From: Clostridiales bacterium
GTDB taxonomy: Bacteria; Bacillota; Clostridia; Lachnospirales; Lachnospiraceae
DNA: 64,000 bases
Direction: 5' to 3'
Assembly: GCA_012520815.1 (NCBI GenBank)
Contig: JAAYNM010000023.1
Span: 23,416-87,415 of the forward strand
Every line of letters starts with the position of its first letter. Within the stretch, counting starts at the first letter, position 1. Below, in pieces: positions 1-8,508 of the stretch. The notes beneath the pieces are model-generated. The model searched no databases. It worked only from the letters and a program-made list of their open reading frames with translations, and was not told the DNA's origin. Both the position numbers and the translations under genes were made by a program.

Positions 1-729
1 ACAAATTTTGACTTAAATATTAAAGATTATGCTTCAGTTAATTTTTACGGTCTTGCTACTATTATTGATATGCTCGGCGGTATTGATGTAAAGATTACAA
101 GTACAGAAAAGTACTGGATTAATCAGTACCTTACGGAAACCCGAAAGGTTACGGGAATGTATTCACCTGATGTGGCATCTTATGGTTATGTTCACTTAGA
201 TGGGTTGCAGGCGACAGCATATTGTCGTATTAGAAAAACAACGTTTTTTGATGAAGATGGAAAAGCAATAAATGATGATTTTGGACGTACAGCTAGACAG
301 CGTTTTGTAATAACTCAGCTTGTTTCAAAGGCAAAGTCAGCTGGTGTAAGTAAAATCATGGAATTGACGGAAGAAATATTCCATGGTGATGAAGAAATCA
401 TTAAGACAAGTATTCCATATGATGATTTGCTAGACCTTATTCCTGTAATGATGGATTTTTCTATTGCTGGAAATCAAGGATTCCCAACCACATATGATTG
501 TCCAGATAAATCATATACCAATGGTGATAGTGCAGTTGTTGCACAGGGATTCACATATAATGTTAAGAAAATGCATCAATTTTTATTTGGAGATTATGGT
601 TATACTCCTTCAGAAGTAGTTCAAGGTATTAGCGAATCTATTATGAGTATTACTCATGTAGAGGAAAGAACCCTTCCAGAGGATGCCATAAGCAATAAGA
701 CCAAGAATGATGCGGAAGAAGAGGATTAG
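1..729 (+). CDS. LytR-CpsA-Psr (LCP) family protein, 5'-truncated by the window edge
   Basis: Frame 1 is open from base 1 (TNFDLNIKDYASVNF...) into the listed ORF 70..729. The C-terminal LCP-type region (LGGIDV, FGRTARQR) is closely similar by eye to the matching part of the next gene. Confidence 0.8.
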   Translation, partial: TNFDLNIKDYASVNFYGLATIIDMLGGIDVKITSTEKYWINQYLTETRKVTGMYSPDVASYGYVHLDGLQATAYCRIRKTTFFDEDGKAINDDFGRTARQRFVITQLVSKAKSAGVSKIMELTEEIFHGDEEIIKTSIPYDDLLDLIPVMMDFSIAGNQGFPTTYDCPDKSYTNGDSAVVAQGFTYNVKKMHQFLFGDYGYTPSEVVQGISESIMSITHVEERTLPEDAISNKTKNDAEEED

Positions 730-733
730 TTCT

Positions 734-2038
734 ATGAGTAAAAGATATGAAAAAGATAATGAATACGATGAATATCAGGATTACGAAGAATACACTGTAG
801 ATGGTGTTGAAGAGTACTACGAGGAAGAAAAAAAATCTAAAGGCAAAAAGAAGAAAAAGGGAAAAAAGGTAGCTATTCTTGTGGCAGAGCTTTTTGCCAT
901 AGCTATTTTAAGTTTTACTTTAGTACTATTACTTATGCCAAATGCCAAATCATGGCTACTGGGAACTCCTGTGGGCAAATTCTTTGTAAAACTTGTAGTT
1001 TCAGAGGAAGACTATAAAAGGATATATGACGACAACTTTGACAGAGAAAATCTTCATATCAATGACGATCTTGATGATGACGGTATGGAAGGATATTACA
1101 ACATAGCCCTTTTTGGATTGGATTCTCGTAATGGAGAAGTAGAGAAAGGTGTTAATAGTGATTCTATTATTGTCGTTAGTATTCATGAGAAAACCGGCGA
1201 AGTAAAAATGTGTTCGGTTTATAGAGATTCATGGTTACGTGTTGCAAGGCCTAATGACGACTTTGAGTATGGAAGAATAAACAGTGCATATACACAGGGT
1301 GGTGCATTAGCAGCGATCAAGACATTAAATGCAAATCTAGACTTAAATATTAGCGACTATGCATCAGTAAATTTTGCTGGTCTTGCAAATATTATTGATT
1401 TACTTGGTGGTATTGATATTAACATTACAAGTGAAGAACAGTACTGGATTAATCAATATCTGACAGAGACTAGAAAAGTAACAGGTATGTGGGCAGATGA
1501 TGTTTATTCTTGTGGAAATGTTCATCTTAATGGATTACAGGCAGTAGCATTTTGCCGAATCCGTTTAGCAGCTTTCCATGATGAAGACGGTACAGTTTAC
1601 AACAACGACTTTGGACGTACGGCAAGACAGCGTAGAATTATTATGAAGATGATTGGGCTCGCTAAAGAGGCAGGCGTTGGACAAGTTATGGATATTGCCA
1701 ATGAGATATTCTATGGTGATGAACAATTTATTTATACAAGTATTCCGTATGATGAAATAATAGATTTGATTCCTACATTGTTAAAATTTGAGATGGTTGG
1801 AAGCGAAGGTTTTCCATATACTTATACGAGTCAGAAACATGTACCAGGAATTAAGGAAGCATGGCCAATTACAGCAAACGGATTTACTTACAACGTATAT
1901 AAGCTACATGAATTCTTGTTTAATGATGATGATTATCATCCATCAAAAACAGTAAAGAATATTAATGATATGTTATATTCTATGACAGGTATTGAGGAAG
2001 AACGCTTACCTGGCGACGAAAATCTAGTAATTGACTAG
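734..2038 (+). CDS. LCP family cell-envelope glycopolymer transferase (tandem paralog)
   Basis: ORF 707..2038. I prefer the ATG at 734 (GAGG about 10 nt upstream); the 707 and 710 ATGs lack an RBS. It has a K-rich tail, one TM (VAILVAELFAIAILSFTLVLLL) and LCP motifs (NIALFGLDSR, DSIIVVSI, NSAYTQGG, FGRTARQRR). Confidence 0.85.
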   Translation: MSKRYEKDNEYDEYQDYEEYTVDGVEEYYEEEKKSKGKKKKKGKKVAILVAELFAIAILSFTLVLLLMPNAKSWLLGTPVGKFFVKLVVSEEDYKRIYDDNFDRENLHINDDLDDDGMEGYYNIALFGLDSRNGEVEKGVNSDSIIVVSIHEKTGEVKMCSVYRDSWLRVARPNDDFEYGRINSAYTQGGALAAIKTLNANLDLNISDYASVNFAGLANIIDLLGGIDINITSEEQYWINQYLTETRKVTGMWADDVYSCGNVHLNGLQAVAFCRIRLAAFHDEDGTVYNNDFGRTARQRRIIMKMIGLAKEAGVGQVMDIANEIFYGDEQFIYTSIPYDEIIDLIPTLLKFEMVGSEGFPYTYTSQKHVPGIKEAWPITANGFTYNVYKLHEFLFNDDDYHPSKTVKNINDMLYSMTGIEEERLPGDENLVID

Positions 2039-2109
2039 TGCAAGTGATTGCTTAAGTAAACATTTATATATGTAAATACAAACGTTCACCTACGTAAAGG
2101 AGGTTGATT

Positions 2110-2976
2110 ATGGAAAGCGATTTCAATAATATTGAAAGTGAAAATAGTATTGATAATGAAAATAATGTAAATTTCGTTTTCTATCATGAACCAAGTGAAG
2201 AAGAGATAAATAGAATTTTAAATTCCCCAGAAGTAAGTGATTCCCCTATGGCAGATGAGGATACAGCTGGAGGTGGAGTTGATACGAAAACGCAGACAGC
2301 TGCTGGAAGTAAATCTGATACTGTAACGAGTACCTCTATGGAAAGTGGTTCTACTACAGAAACGAATACAGTAGCAGAAAGTGAACCCGCAACATCATCG
2401 CAAACAGCAGCTGAAGATGGCTTGTTTACTGAAAATGGGCCAATACCTGTGAACTTCAAAGTCGATACCTCAGATTTTGACAATACTGAGGAAGAAAAAA
2501 GATGGATGTTTATGGAAAACGTTCGTCTTGTACATGAACGTCAAGAAATTGATGTTGAGAAGGAAAGACTTGAAAGAGAAAAGCGCGATTTTATGAGACT
2601 TAGAAGACGCAAGGAAAACGAACTAGCCACGAAAGAAAAACACCTTGCAAGGCAAAAGGACCTGTTTGATAAGCAATGGGGAGTGGTTGAAAAAGAACTA
2701 CATCGTATCGCAAAAGACAGGGATAGGATTTCCAAGGAAAGGGCATATATTGAAAGAGAAAAAGAAATTCTTAGAATTGAGCAAAGCAAGTCTAGCAATT
2801 ATACAGTAAGTAACGGAGCATTTTTTGTTGGCGTAAACAGCGAAGCATCTCTAAAGAAACGCTATAGGGAGTTGATTAAGATATATCACCCCGATAGTGG
2901 AAATGGAGATGAGGCCACACTATTGTATATAAATAAAGAATATGAAAATGTAAAAAGACGTTTTGGCCTTTCGTAG
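2110..2976 (+). CDS. J-domain (HPD motif) protein with acidic N-terminus and charged coiled-coil region
   Basis: AAGGAGG at 2097-2103 lies 6 nt before the ATG at 2110. The C-terminal 50 aa read LKKRYRELIKIYHPDSGNGDEATLLYINKEYENVKRRF (J-domain helices I-III with HPD). The middle of the protein is an E/K/R-rich heptad-like segment. Confidence 0.7.
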   Translation: MESDFNNIESENSIDNENNVNFVFYHEPSEEEINRILNSPEVSDSPMADEDTAGGGVDTKTQTAAGSKSDTVTSTSMESGSTTETNTVAESEPATSSQTAAEDGLFTENGPIPVNFKVDTSDFDNTEEEKRWMFMENVRLVHERQEIDVEKERLEREKRDFMRLRRRKENELATKEKHLARQKDLFDKQWGVVEKELHRIAKDRDRISKERAYIEREKEILRIEQSKSSNYTVSNGAFFVGVNSEASLKKRYRELIKIYHPDSGNGDEATLLYINKEYENVKRRFGLS

Positions 2977-3138
2977 CCAAGACGTTTTTTGTTTTTAGAT
3001 ATTGAAGAAACATTTCCATATATTCTTCACTTTGAAAACACAGTTTTTACACAAATTCATTTTATTATAAGGAACATAAAGTAGAAACAAATGCATTGCA
3101 ATCGCAAAATATATTTTATATTCTAGGAGGACATAGAG

Positions 3139-4644
3139 ATGACCGACACAAACGAATTTTTTGATAAAATGAATGGAGCAAATTCAGCAAATCCGGAATT
3201 GATGGAACAGCCAGAAGCGTATAGTCCAGAGCCAGAAGCATATAGTTCACAGCCAGAGATGTACAGCGCACAGCCAGAAGCGTATAGTCCACAGCCAGAA
3301 ATGTATAACGTACAGCCAGAGGCGAATAGTCCACAGCCACAATTTTACAATATCCCTCAGGGAGAGATGCCACAGGAAAAGAAGAAAAAAGTAAGGGCAA
3401 AAAAGAATAAAAAGCCTGTTACTATGGGTAAGGTTATCACAACTTGTATAGCGTGTGTTATATGTACGGTACTTATCAATTCAGCTATTTTATATGGTGT
3501 TTTAGAATACGGTGATTTTACAAAGAATAGTTCAGGAAATACCCCTCAGATTCAATCTACATTGTCTACAACAAAAAATAATGAAAAAGATTCAGTGGGA
3601 ACACCATCTACAGGAAGTGATGGAGAATACACAGTAAAAGAGATTGCTGAATTAGTTACTCCTTCAGTAGTAGCCATTACCAATACTTCAATAGTGGAAC
3701 AAAACTACAATCCATTTTATGGTGGAGGAACATACCAGGTGCAAGGTGCTGGTTCAGGTATTATCATTGGACAAAATGATACAGAACTTTTGATTGTGAC
3801 AAATAATCACGTTGTAGATGGTTCTGTTAGCCTATCAATTAAGTTTTGTAACAATACTTCTATAGATACAGCCTATGTAAAGGGCACAAGCTCTTCAAAT
3901 GATATAGCAGTTGTGGGTATCTCGTTAGATGATATAGATGAAGATACATTATCACAGATTAAGATAGCTACATTAGGTAGTTCCGATCAGTTGTCAGTAG
4001 GTGATGGTGTGGTAGCTATTGGTAACGCACTTGGATACGGTCAGTCTGTAACAGTTGGTTATGTTAGTGCAATGCAGAGAACAATTACATTGAACAACAG
4101 TGATATCAAAGTTATTCAGACAGATGCTGCTATTAATGGTGGAAATAGTGGTGGTGCCCTTATTAATATGAAGGGTGAAGTTATAGGAATAAATGTTGCA
4201 AAATCAAGTACAACAAGTACATCCTCTGCGTCAGTAGAAGGTATGGGATATGCTATTCCGATTTCAGATGCAACAGATATTATTACTAAACTTATGAATC
4301 AAGAGGTAAGACAGCAATATTCAGACGAAGAAAGAGGATATCTTGGTGTAGGAGTAATTACGGTAGATAGTGCAACATCTGAAACATATGGTATTCCAGC
4401 AGGTGCCTATGTTAGAAATATTGTGGAAGATAGTCCAGCGGAGAAAGCAGGCATTGTTGCAGGTACGGTTATTGTTAAAGTGGAAGATATGAGTATATCT
4501 ACTAAGGATGATTTAGTAGAGGAATTATCATACTATACTGCTGGTGATGAGGTTACTATTACTGCATATGTTCCTGACGGAAGGGAATATACAGAACATA
4601 CATTTACTATTACACTTACAAAATCATCAGTATTCGATGAATAA
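3139..4644 (+). CDS. htrA: HtrA/DegP-type S1C serine protease with C-terminal PDZ-like domain
   Basis: AGGAGG RBS. After the TM (VITTCIACVICTVLINSAILYGV) there is a catalytic triad context: TNNHVV (His), NDIAVV (Asp), GNSGGALIN (Ser). A PDZ-like tail follows (GYLGVGV...GIVAGTVIVKV). Confidence 0.9.
   Translation: MTDTNEFFDKMNGANSANPELMEQPEAYSPEPEAYSSQPEMYSAQPEAYSPQPEMYNVQPEANSPQPQFYNIPQGEMPQEKKKKVRAKKNKKPVTMGKVITTCIACVICTVLINSAILYGVLEYGDFTKNSSGNTPQIQSTLSTTKNNEKDSVGTPSTGSDGEYTVKEIAELVTPSVVAITNTSIVEQNYNPFYGGGTYQVQGAGSGIIIGQNDTELLIVTNNHVVDGSVSLSIKFCNNTSIDTAYVKGTSSSNDIAVVGISLDDIDEDTLSQIKIATLGSSDQLSVGDGVVAIGNALGYGQSVTVGYVSAMQRTITLNNSDIKVIQTDAAINGGNSGGALINMKGEVIGINVAKSSTTSTSSASVEGMGYAIPISDATDIITKLMNQEVRQQYSDEERGYLGVGVITVDSATSETYGIPAGAYVRNIVEDSPAEKAGIVAGTVIVKVEDMSISTKDDLVEELSYYTAGDEVTITAYVPDGREYTEHTFTITLTKSSVFDE
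3208..3333 (+). repeat. Six tandem 21-nt (7-aa) repeats inside htrA (QPEAYSP-type)
   Basis: cagccagaagcgtatagtcca and its variants are repeated head to tail. They translate to PEAYSPE / PEAYSSQ / PEMYSAQ / PEAYSPQ / PEMYNVQ / PEANSPQ. Confidence 0.9.
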
Positions 4645-4684
4645 ATAAATCAAAACAAATTTAATACAATTAATTAAAAATTAA

Positions 4685-4719
4685 GAAAAACCGCGGTTTT
4701 AAACTGTGGTTTTTCTTTA
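4685..4719 (+). terminator. Rho-independent terminator after htrA
   Basis: gaaaaaccgcgg / ctgtggtttttc imperfect hairpin followed by a T-rich tail. Confidence 0.65.
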
Positions 4720-4793
4720 CCTAAGATATAAAATAATGTATAATGTAGCGATAGAAACTAACTATTTTATGCAATAGATTGAGAGGAAATATA

Positions 4794-6326
4794 ATGTCAA
4801 ACGAATATAATGATGATGAATATGAAAAAATTTGCTATATGTGCCGTAGACCTGAGAGCAAGGCTGGTAAGATGGTCTCTATGCCAGGTGAAATAAATGT
4901 ATGCTCAGACTGTATGCAAAAGACTATGAATTCGATTTTTGGATCAGGCCTTACAGATGATGAGATGAGTAAAATGATGAATTTTACGGTTCTTAATAAT
5001 AAGCAGTTTTCAAATAAAGATATGAGCGGTAGTGATATTACGTCTGAGGTTTCAAAAGAAGAAGGAACAGTCGTAGAAGGAGATACGGAAGATAAAGAAG
5101 AAAAGAAAAAGAAGTCTCCTAATATTAGTTTTATCAATCTTTCAGATATGATGGGCGATTTTCCTAAGAGGCAAAAGATAAAAAAGAAATCAAATCGTAA
5201 TCCTGATGAACCACTTATAGATTTGAAGAAGATCCCTGCACCTCATAGGATTAAAGAACAGTTGGATGAGTATGTAATTGGTCAAGATTATGCGAAAAAA
5301 GTAATGAGCGTAGCTGTTTATAATCACTATAAGAGAGTGGCTACCAATACAATGGATGATATTCAGATTGAAAAGTCGAATATGTTAATGATTGGACCAA
5401 CAGGATGTGGTAAGACATATTTAGTTCAGACACTTGCAAGATTATTGGATGTACCTCTAGCTATAACAGATGCAACTTCGCTTACAGAAGCAGGCTACAT
5501 AGGTGATGATATTGAAAGTGTACTTAGTAAACTTTTAGCTGCAGCGGGTAATGATGTAGAGAAGGCAGAGACAGGTATAGTATTTATTGACGAAATAGAC
5601 AAGATTGCAAAGAAGCAGAATACCAATAACAGGGATGTTAGCGGAGAATCTGTGCAGCAAGGCCTGCTTAAGCTCTTAGAGGGAAGTGAGGTTGAAGTTC
5701 CAGTTGGTTCAAATAGTAAAAATGCTATGGTGCCGCTTACTACAATAAATACCAGAAATATTTTATTTATTTGTGGAGGGGCTTTCCCTGATTTAGAGAC
5801 GATAATAAAAGAAAGATTAAATAAGCAGTCAGCAATAGGATTCCAAGCGGACCTTAAAGACAAGTACGACAAGGATAAAGAACTATTAAAGAAAGTAATA
5901 GTAGATGATATAAAATCATATGGTATGATACCAGAATTTTTAGGAAGGCTTCCTATTGTGTTTACATTAGAGGGATTATCTAGTGAGATGCTCCAGCAAG
6001 TATTGAAAGAGCCTAAGAATGCTATTTTGAAACAGTACCAGAAGCTTCTCGAACTGGATGAAGTGAAGTTAGAATTTGATGATGGTGCAATAGAGGCCAT
6101 AGCTGATAAGGCAGTGGAGAAAAAAACGGGTGCAAGGGCGCTCCGTGCCATCATAGAAGAATTTATGTTAGATATTATGTATGAAATCCCAAAGGATGAA
6201 AATATAGGAAAAGTAACTATTACTCGTGACTACATTGAAAATCATGGTGCACCAGTCATTGAGATGCGTGGTACACCAAAGGTACATGAGGAATTTATTG
6301 AAGAAGCAAAAGAGATAGAAGGTTAG
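4794..6326 (+). CDS. clpX: ATP-dependent Clp protease ATP-binding subunit ClpX, with a long insertion after the zinc-binding domain
   Basis: C4 zinc ribbon CYMC-x19-CSDC, Walker A GPTGCGKTY, pore loop AGYIGDD, Walker B VFIDEIDK, IGF loop (SAIGFQ) and sensor region TGARALR. The ATG at 4794 follows GAGAGG. Confidence 0.9.
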   Translation: MSNEYNDDEYEKICYMCRRPESKAGKMVSMPGEINVCSDCMQKTMNSIFGSGLTDDEMSKMMNFTVLNNKQFSNKDMSGSDITSEVSKEEGTVVEGDTEDKEEKKKKSPNISFINLSDMMGDFPKRQKIKKKSNRNPDEPLIDLKKIPAPHRIKEQLDEYVIGQDYAKKVMSVAVYNHYKRVATNTMDDIQIEKSNMLMIGPTGCGKTYLVQTLARLLDVPLAITDATSLTEAGYIGDDIESVLSKLLAAAGNDVEKAETGIVFIDEIDKIAKKQNTNNRDVSGESVQQGLLKLLEGSEVEVPVGSNSKNAMVPLTTINTRNILFICGGAFPDLETIIKERLNKQSAIGFQADLKDKYDKDKELLKKVIVDDIKSYGMIPEFLGRLPIVFTLEGLSSEMLQQVLKEPKNAILKQYQKLLELDEVKLEFDDGAIEAIADKAVEKKTGARALRAIIEEFMLDIMYEIPKDENIGKVTITRDYIENHGAPVIEMRGTPKVHEEFIEEAKEIEG

Positions 6327-6564
6327 TTTAGAGTTCTTTTTTGGCGCAACAAGGGCATTTACCTCATAGAATATATAAACAAATTTTAGGTGGCAGTTCT
6401 CTCTGGTAAGGGTTTTACCAGAGAGGTGGGTATGGACTATTGCAAGTTTATGACGCTTTTGAAGTGATGCGAGGTAATACATTATAAAATAATAAAGTAT
6501 TAAAATAGACGTACATATGATATTATTTAAAGGTACGTTTTTATTTTGTGGAAAGAGGTAATTC

Positions 6565-7164
6565 ATGCCAAGTAAGTTCTATGCAGTAAAAAAAGGAAAA
6601 ACACCCGGTGTATTTAATAGCTGGGAGGATTGCAAGGCACAAGTGGATGGATATCCAGGTGCAGTATACAAAAGTTTCAAAACAGCTACGGAGGCAGCTG
6701 CATTTGCATTTGATATCTCAAGTCAGAAGCAAGAAATATCTAGTGACGAGATCGCAGTAGCCTACGTAGATGGTTCTTATAATAAAGTTACGCAAGAATT
6801 TTCTTATGGTGTGGTTTTTTTCTATAAAGGAGAGGAAATACATCTAAAGGAAAAATTCAGCGAACCATCCCTTGCTAGCATGCATAATGTGGCAGGTGAG
6901 ATAAAGGGCTCGGAGGCTGCTATGAGGTACGCCATTTCAAATGGCATTACAGCTGTGGATATCTATCATGATTATGAAGGAATAGCAAAATGGTGTACAG
7001 GAGAATGGAAAGCCAACAAGGAAGGAACTATAGCCTACAAACAATTCTTTGAGGATATAAAAGATACATTATCTGTTCGTTTTATAAAGGTAAAGGGTCA
7101 TTCAGGTGATAAATATAATGATGTTGCAGACAGATTAGCGAAAGAGGCATTAGGAATAGTATAA
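6565..7164 (+). CDS. rnhA: Ribonuclease HI with N-terminal hybrid-binding (viroplasmin-like) domain
   Basis: The N-terminus FYAVKKGKTPGVFNSWEDCKAQVDGYPGAVYKSFKT is typical of the RNase H1 HBD. The RNase H core has VAYVDGSY ... HSGDKYNDVADRLAK. Confidence 0.8.
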   Translation: MPSKFYAVKKGKTPGVFNSWEDCKAQVDGYPGAVYKSFKTATEAAAFAFDISSQKQEISSDEIAVAYVDGSYNKVTQEFSYGVVFFYKGEEIHLKEKFSEPSLASMHNVAGEIKGSEAAMRYAISNGITAVDIYHDYEGIAKWCTGEWKANKEGTIAYKQFFEDIKDTLSVRFIKVKGHSGDKYNDVADRLAKEALGIV

Positions 7165-7222
7165 AGCGGCGGAATTGTTGGAATTTATTAGATGTTTAGC
7201 CAATGATTCATTGCAAAAAACA

Positions 7223-7251
7223 TTGAAAAATGTAGTGATAAGTAATATAAT
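7223..7251 (+). promoter_or_regulatory. SigA-type promoter (TTGAAA-17-TATAAT)
   Basis: TTGAAA at 7223-7228, a 17-nt spacer, TATAAT at 7246-7251, about 45 nt upstream of the 7297 start. Confidence 0.6.
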
Positions 7252-7296
7252 TCCTAGTATGGTGTGTGACCATATATAAAATGGAGGAAACATATA

Positions 7297-8460
7297 ATGA
7301 CAAATCAGACTTCAAATAAAAGGAATAATAATAGAGCCAATACACATACAAATAATAACAGAAGGAATAAACGCAAAAATAATAATAGCAGTAGTTTATT
7401 TCTAGTTATGTTTCTATGTATAGTGTCATTGGTAGGTATTGTTGCCATTGTATTTTTATCAAAAGATTTAATGAGTGGTGATGGAGTAAATGAAACTACG
7501 ATTCCATTTACAGCAGATGTAAAGATGCAAAATGTAAAATGGCCACAAGGTGTGGAATTAAAGGCAGAGCAATTTATTGCAAATCCACTTGAACTTACAG
7601 GAATTACAGCAGAGTTTACAGGCAATGTAGACATTAATACTATAGGCACGTCTAAAGTGGATATTAAGCTTAAAAGCGAAGATGGTTCTACTAAAAGTGT
7701 AAAATGTGATTTAGAGATTTACGAGGACAAAGAGGCTCCTGTTATAAGTGGAGTAATGGATAGACACTTTAATGTTGGCGATAATATTGCATACCTTAAA
7801 GGTGTTACAGCGTTAGATGCGATACAAGGCGATATCGAAGTAAAAGTAGATAACTCAAAAATTGCCTTTGATGAAAATGGAAAAGCCATTGAAGGAAGTT
7901 ATGATGTTGTTTACACAGCAACAGATTTGGCAGGAAATTCAGCTACAGCTACAGCTAAATTTTATTTTGAAGTTAATGGTGTTACAGATGATATGATTGA
8001 TGCTAAGGCAGATGAGGTAATGGCAAATATTATTAATAATGATATGTCATTAGCTCAAAAGGCGAATGCAATATATTTGTATACTTATGAGAACATTGCA
8101 TATACCGGACATTCTGAAAAGGGTGATTACAGAAAAGAAGCATATAATGGCTTAACTACTCTACAGGGTGACTGTTATACATATTTTGCGGTTGCTAAGT
8201 TATTGCTTAGCAAGTTAGATATCCCAACCATTGACGTTGAAAGAGGTCTAGATAATAATGGTGAGCGCCACTACTGGTTGCTTGTGGACCTCGGTACTGG
8301 ATATTATCATTTTGACGCCACAAAACGTGTTCATTGGTTCAATGGATTTATGGCAACAGATGCACAGGTAAATGAATATTCTACTAATGTTGTTAGTGGT
8401 TTCTATGCATTTGATCCAACATTATATCCAGCTACACCAACTGAACCATTTGTATATTAA
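7297..8460 (+). CDS. Membrane-anchored Ig-like (DUF5011-type) plus transglutaminase-like cysteine protease domain protein
   Basis: N/R/K-rich tail and a TM (LFLVMFLCIVSLVGIVAIVFL). Ig-like repeat signature: DKEAPVISG...GDIEVKVDN...YDVVYTATDLAGNSA. Transglutaminase core: QGDCYTYFAVAKLLL ... HYWLLV ... YHFDAT. Confidence 0.7.
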   Translation: MTNQTSNKRNNNRANTHTNNNRRNKRKNNNSSSLFLVMFLCIVSLVGIVAIVFLSKDLMSGDGVNETTIPFTADVKMQNVKWPQGVELKAEQFIANPLELTGITAEFTGNVDINTIGTSKVDIKLKSEDGSTKSVKCDLEIYEDKEAPVISGVMDRHFNVGDNIAYLKGVTALDAIQGDIEVKVDNSKIAFDENGKAIEGSYDVVYTATDLAGNSATATAKFYFEVNGVTDDMIDAKADEVMANIINNDMSLAQKANAIYLYTYENIAYTGHSEKGDYRKEAYNGLTTLQGDCYTYFAVAKLLLSKLDIPTIDVERGLDNNGERHYWLLVDLGTGYYHFDATKRVHWFNGFMATDAQVNEYSTNVVSGFYAFDPTLYPATPTEPFVY

Positions 8461-8508
8461 AGATAAGTTGAAAAGTAGCAAACTAACAGATATTAGGAAG
8501 GAGAAAAA

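Noticed and set aside
5495-6154. 219-aa minus-strand ORF inside clpX. Similar antisense ORFs in the track include 21537-21896, 34987-35439, 51458-51949, 62938-63564, 43780-44169, 2184-2483 and 14454-14759.
   Set aside because: Each lies entirely antisense or out of frame within a gene that has strong family motifs. Their translations are low-complexity (S/L/I/F-rich) with no RBS or motifs. This is typical of spurious open frames in AT-rich DNA.
6168-6566. 132-aa minus-strand ORF spanning the clpX-rnhA spacer
   Set aside because: It overlaps the clpX 3' end, has odd composition (I/L/F/Y/N-rich) and no RBS. The spacer is better described as noncoding (see finding).
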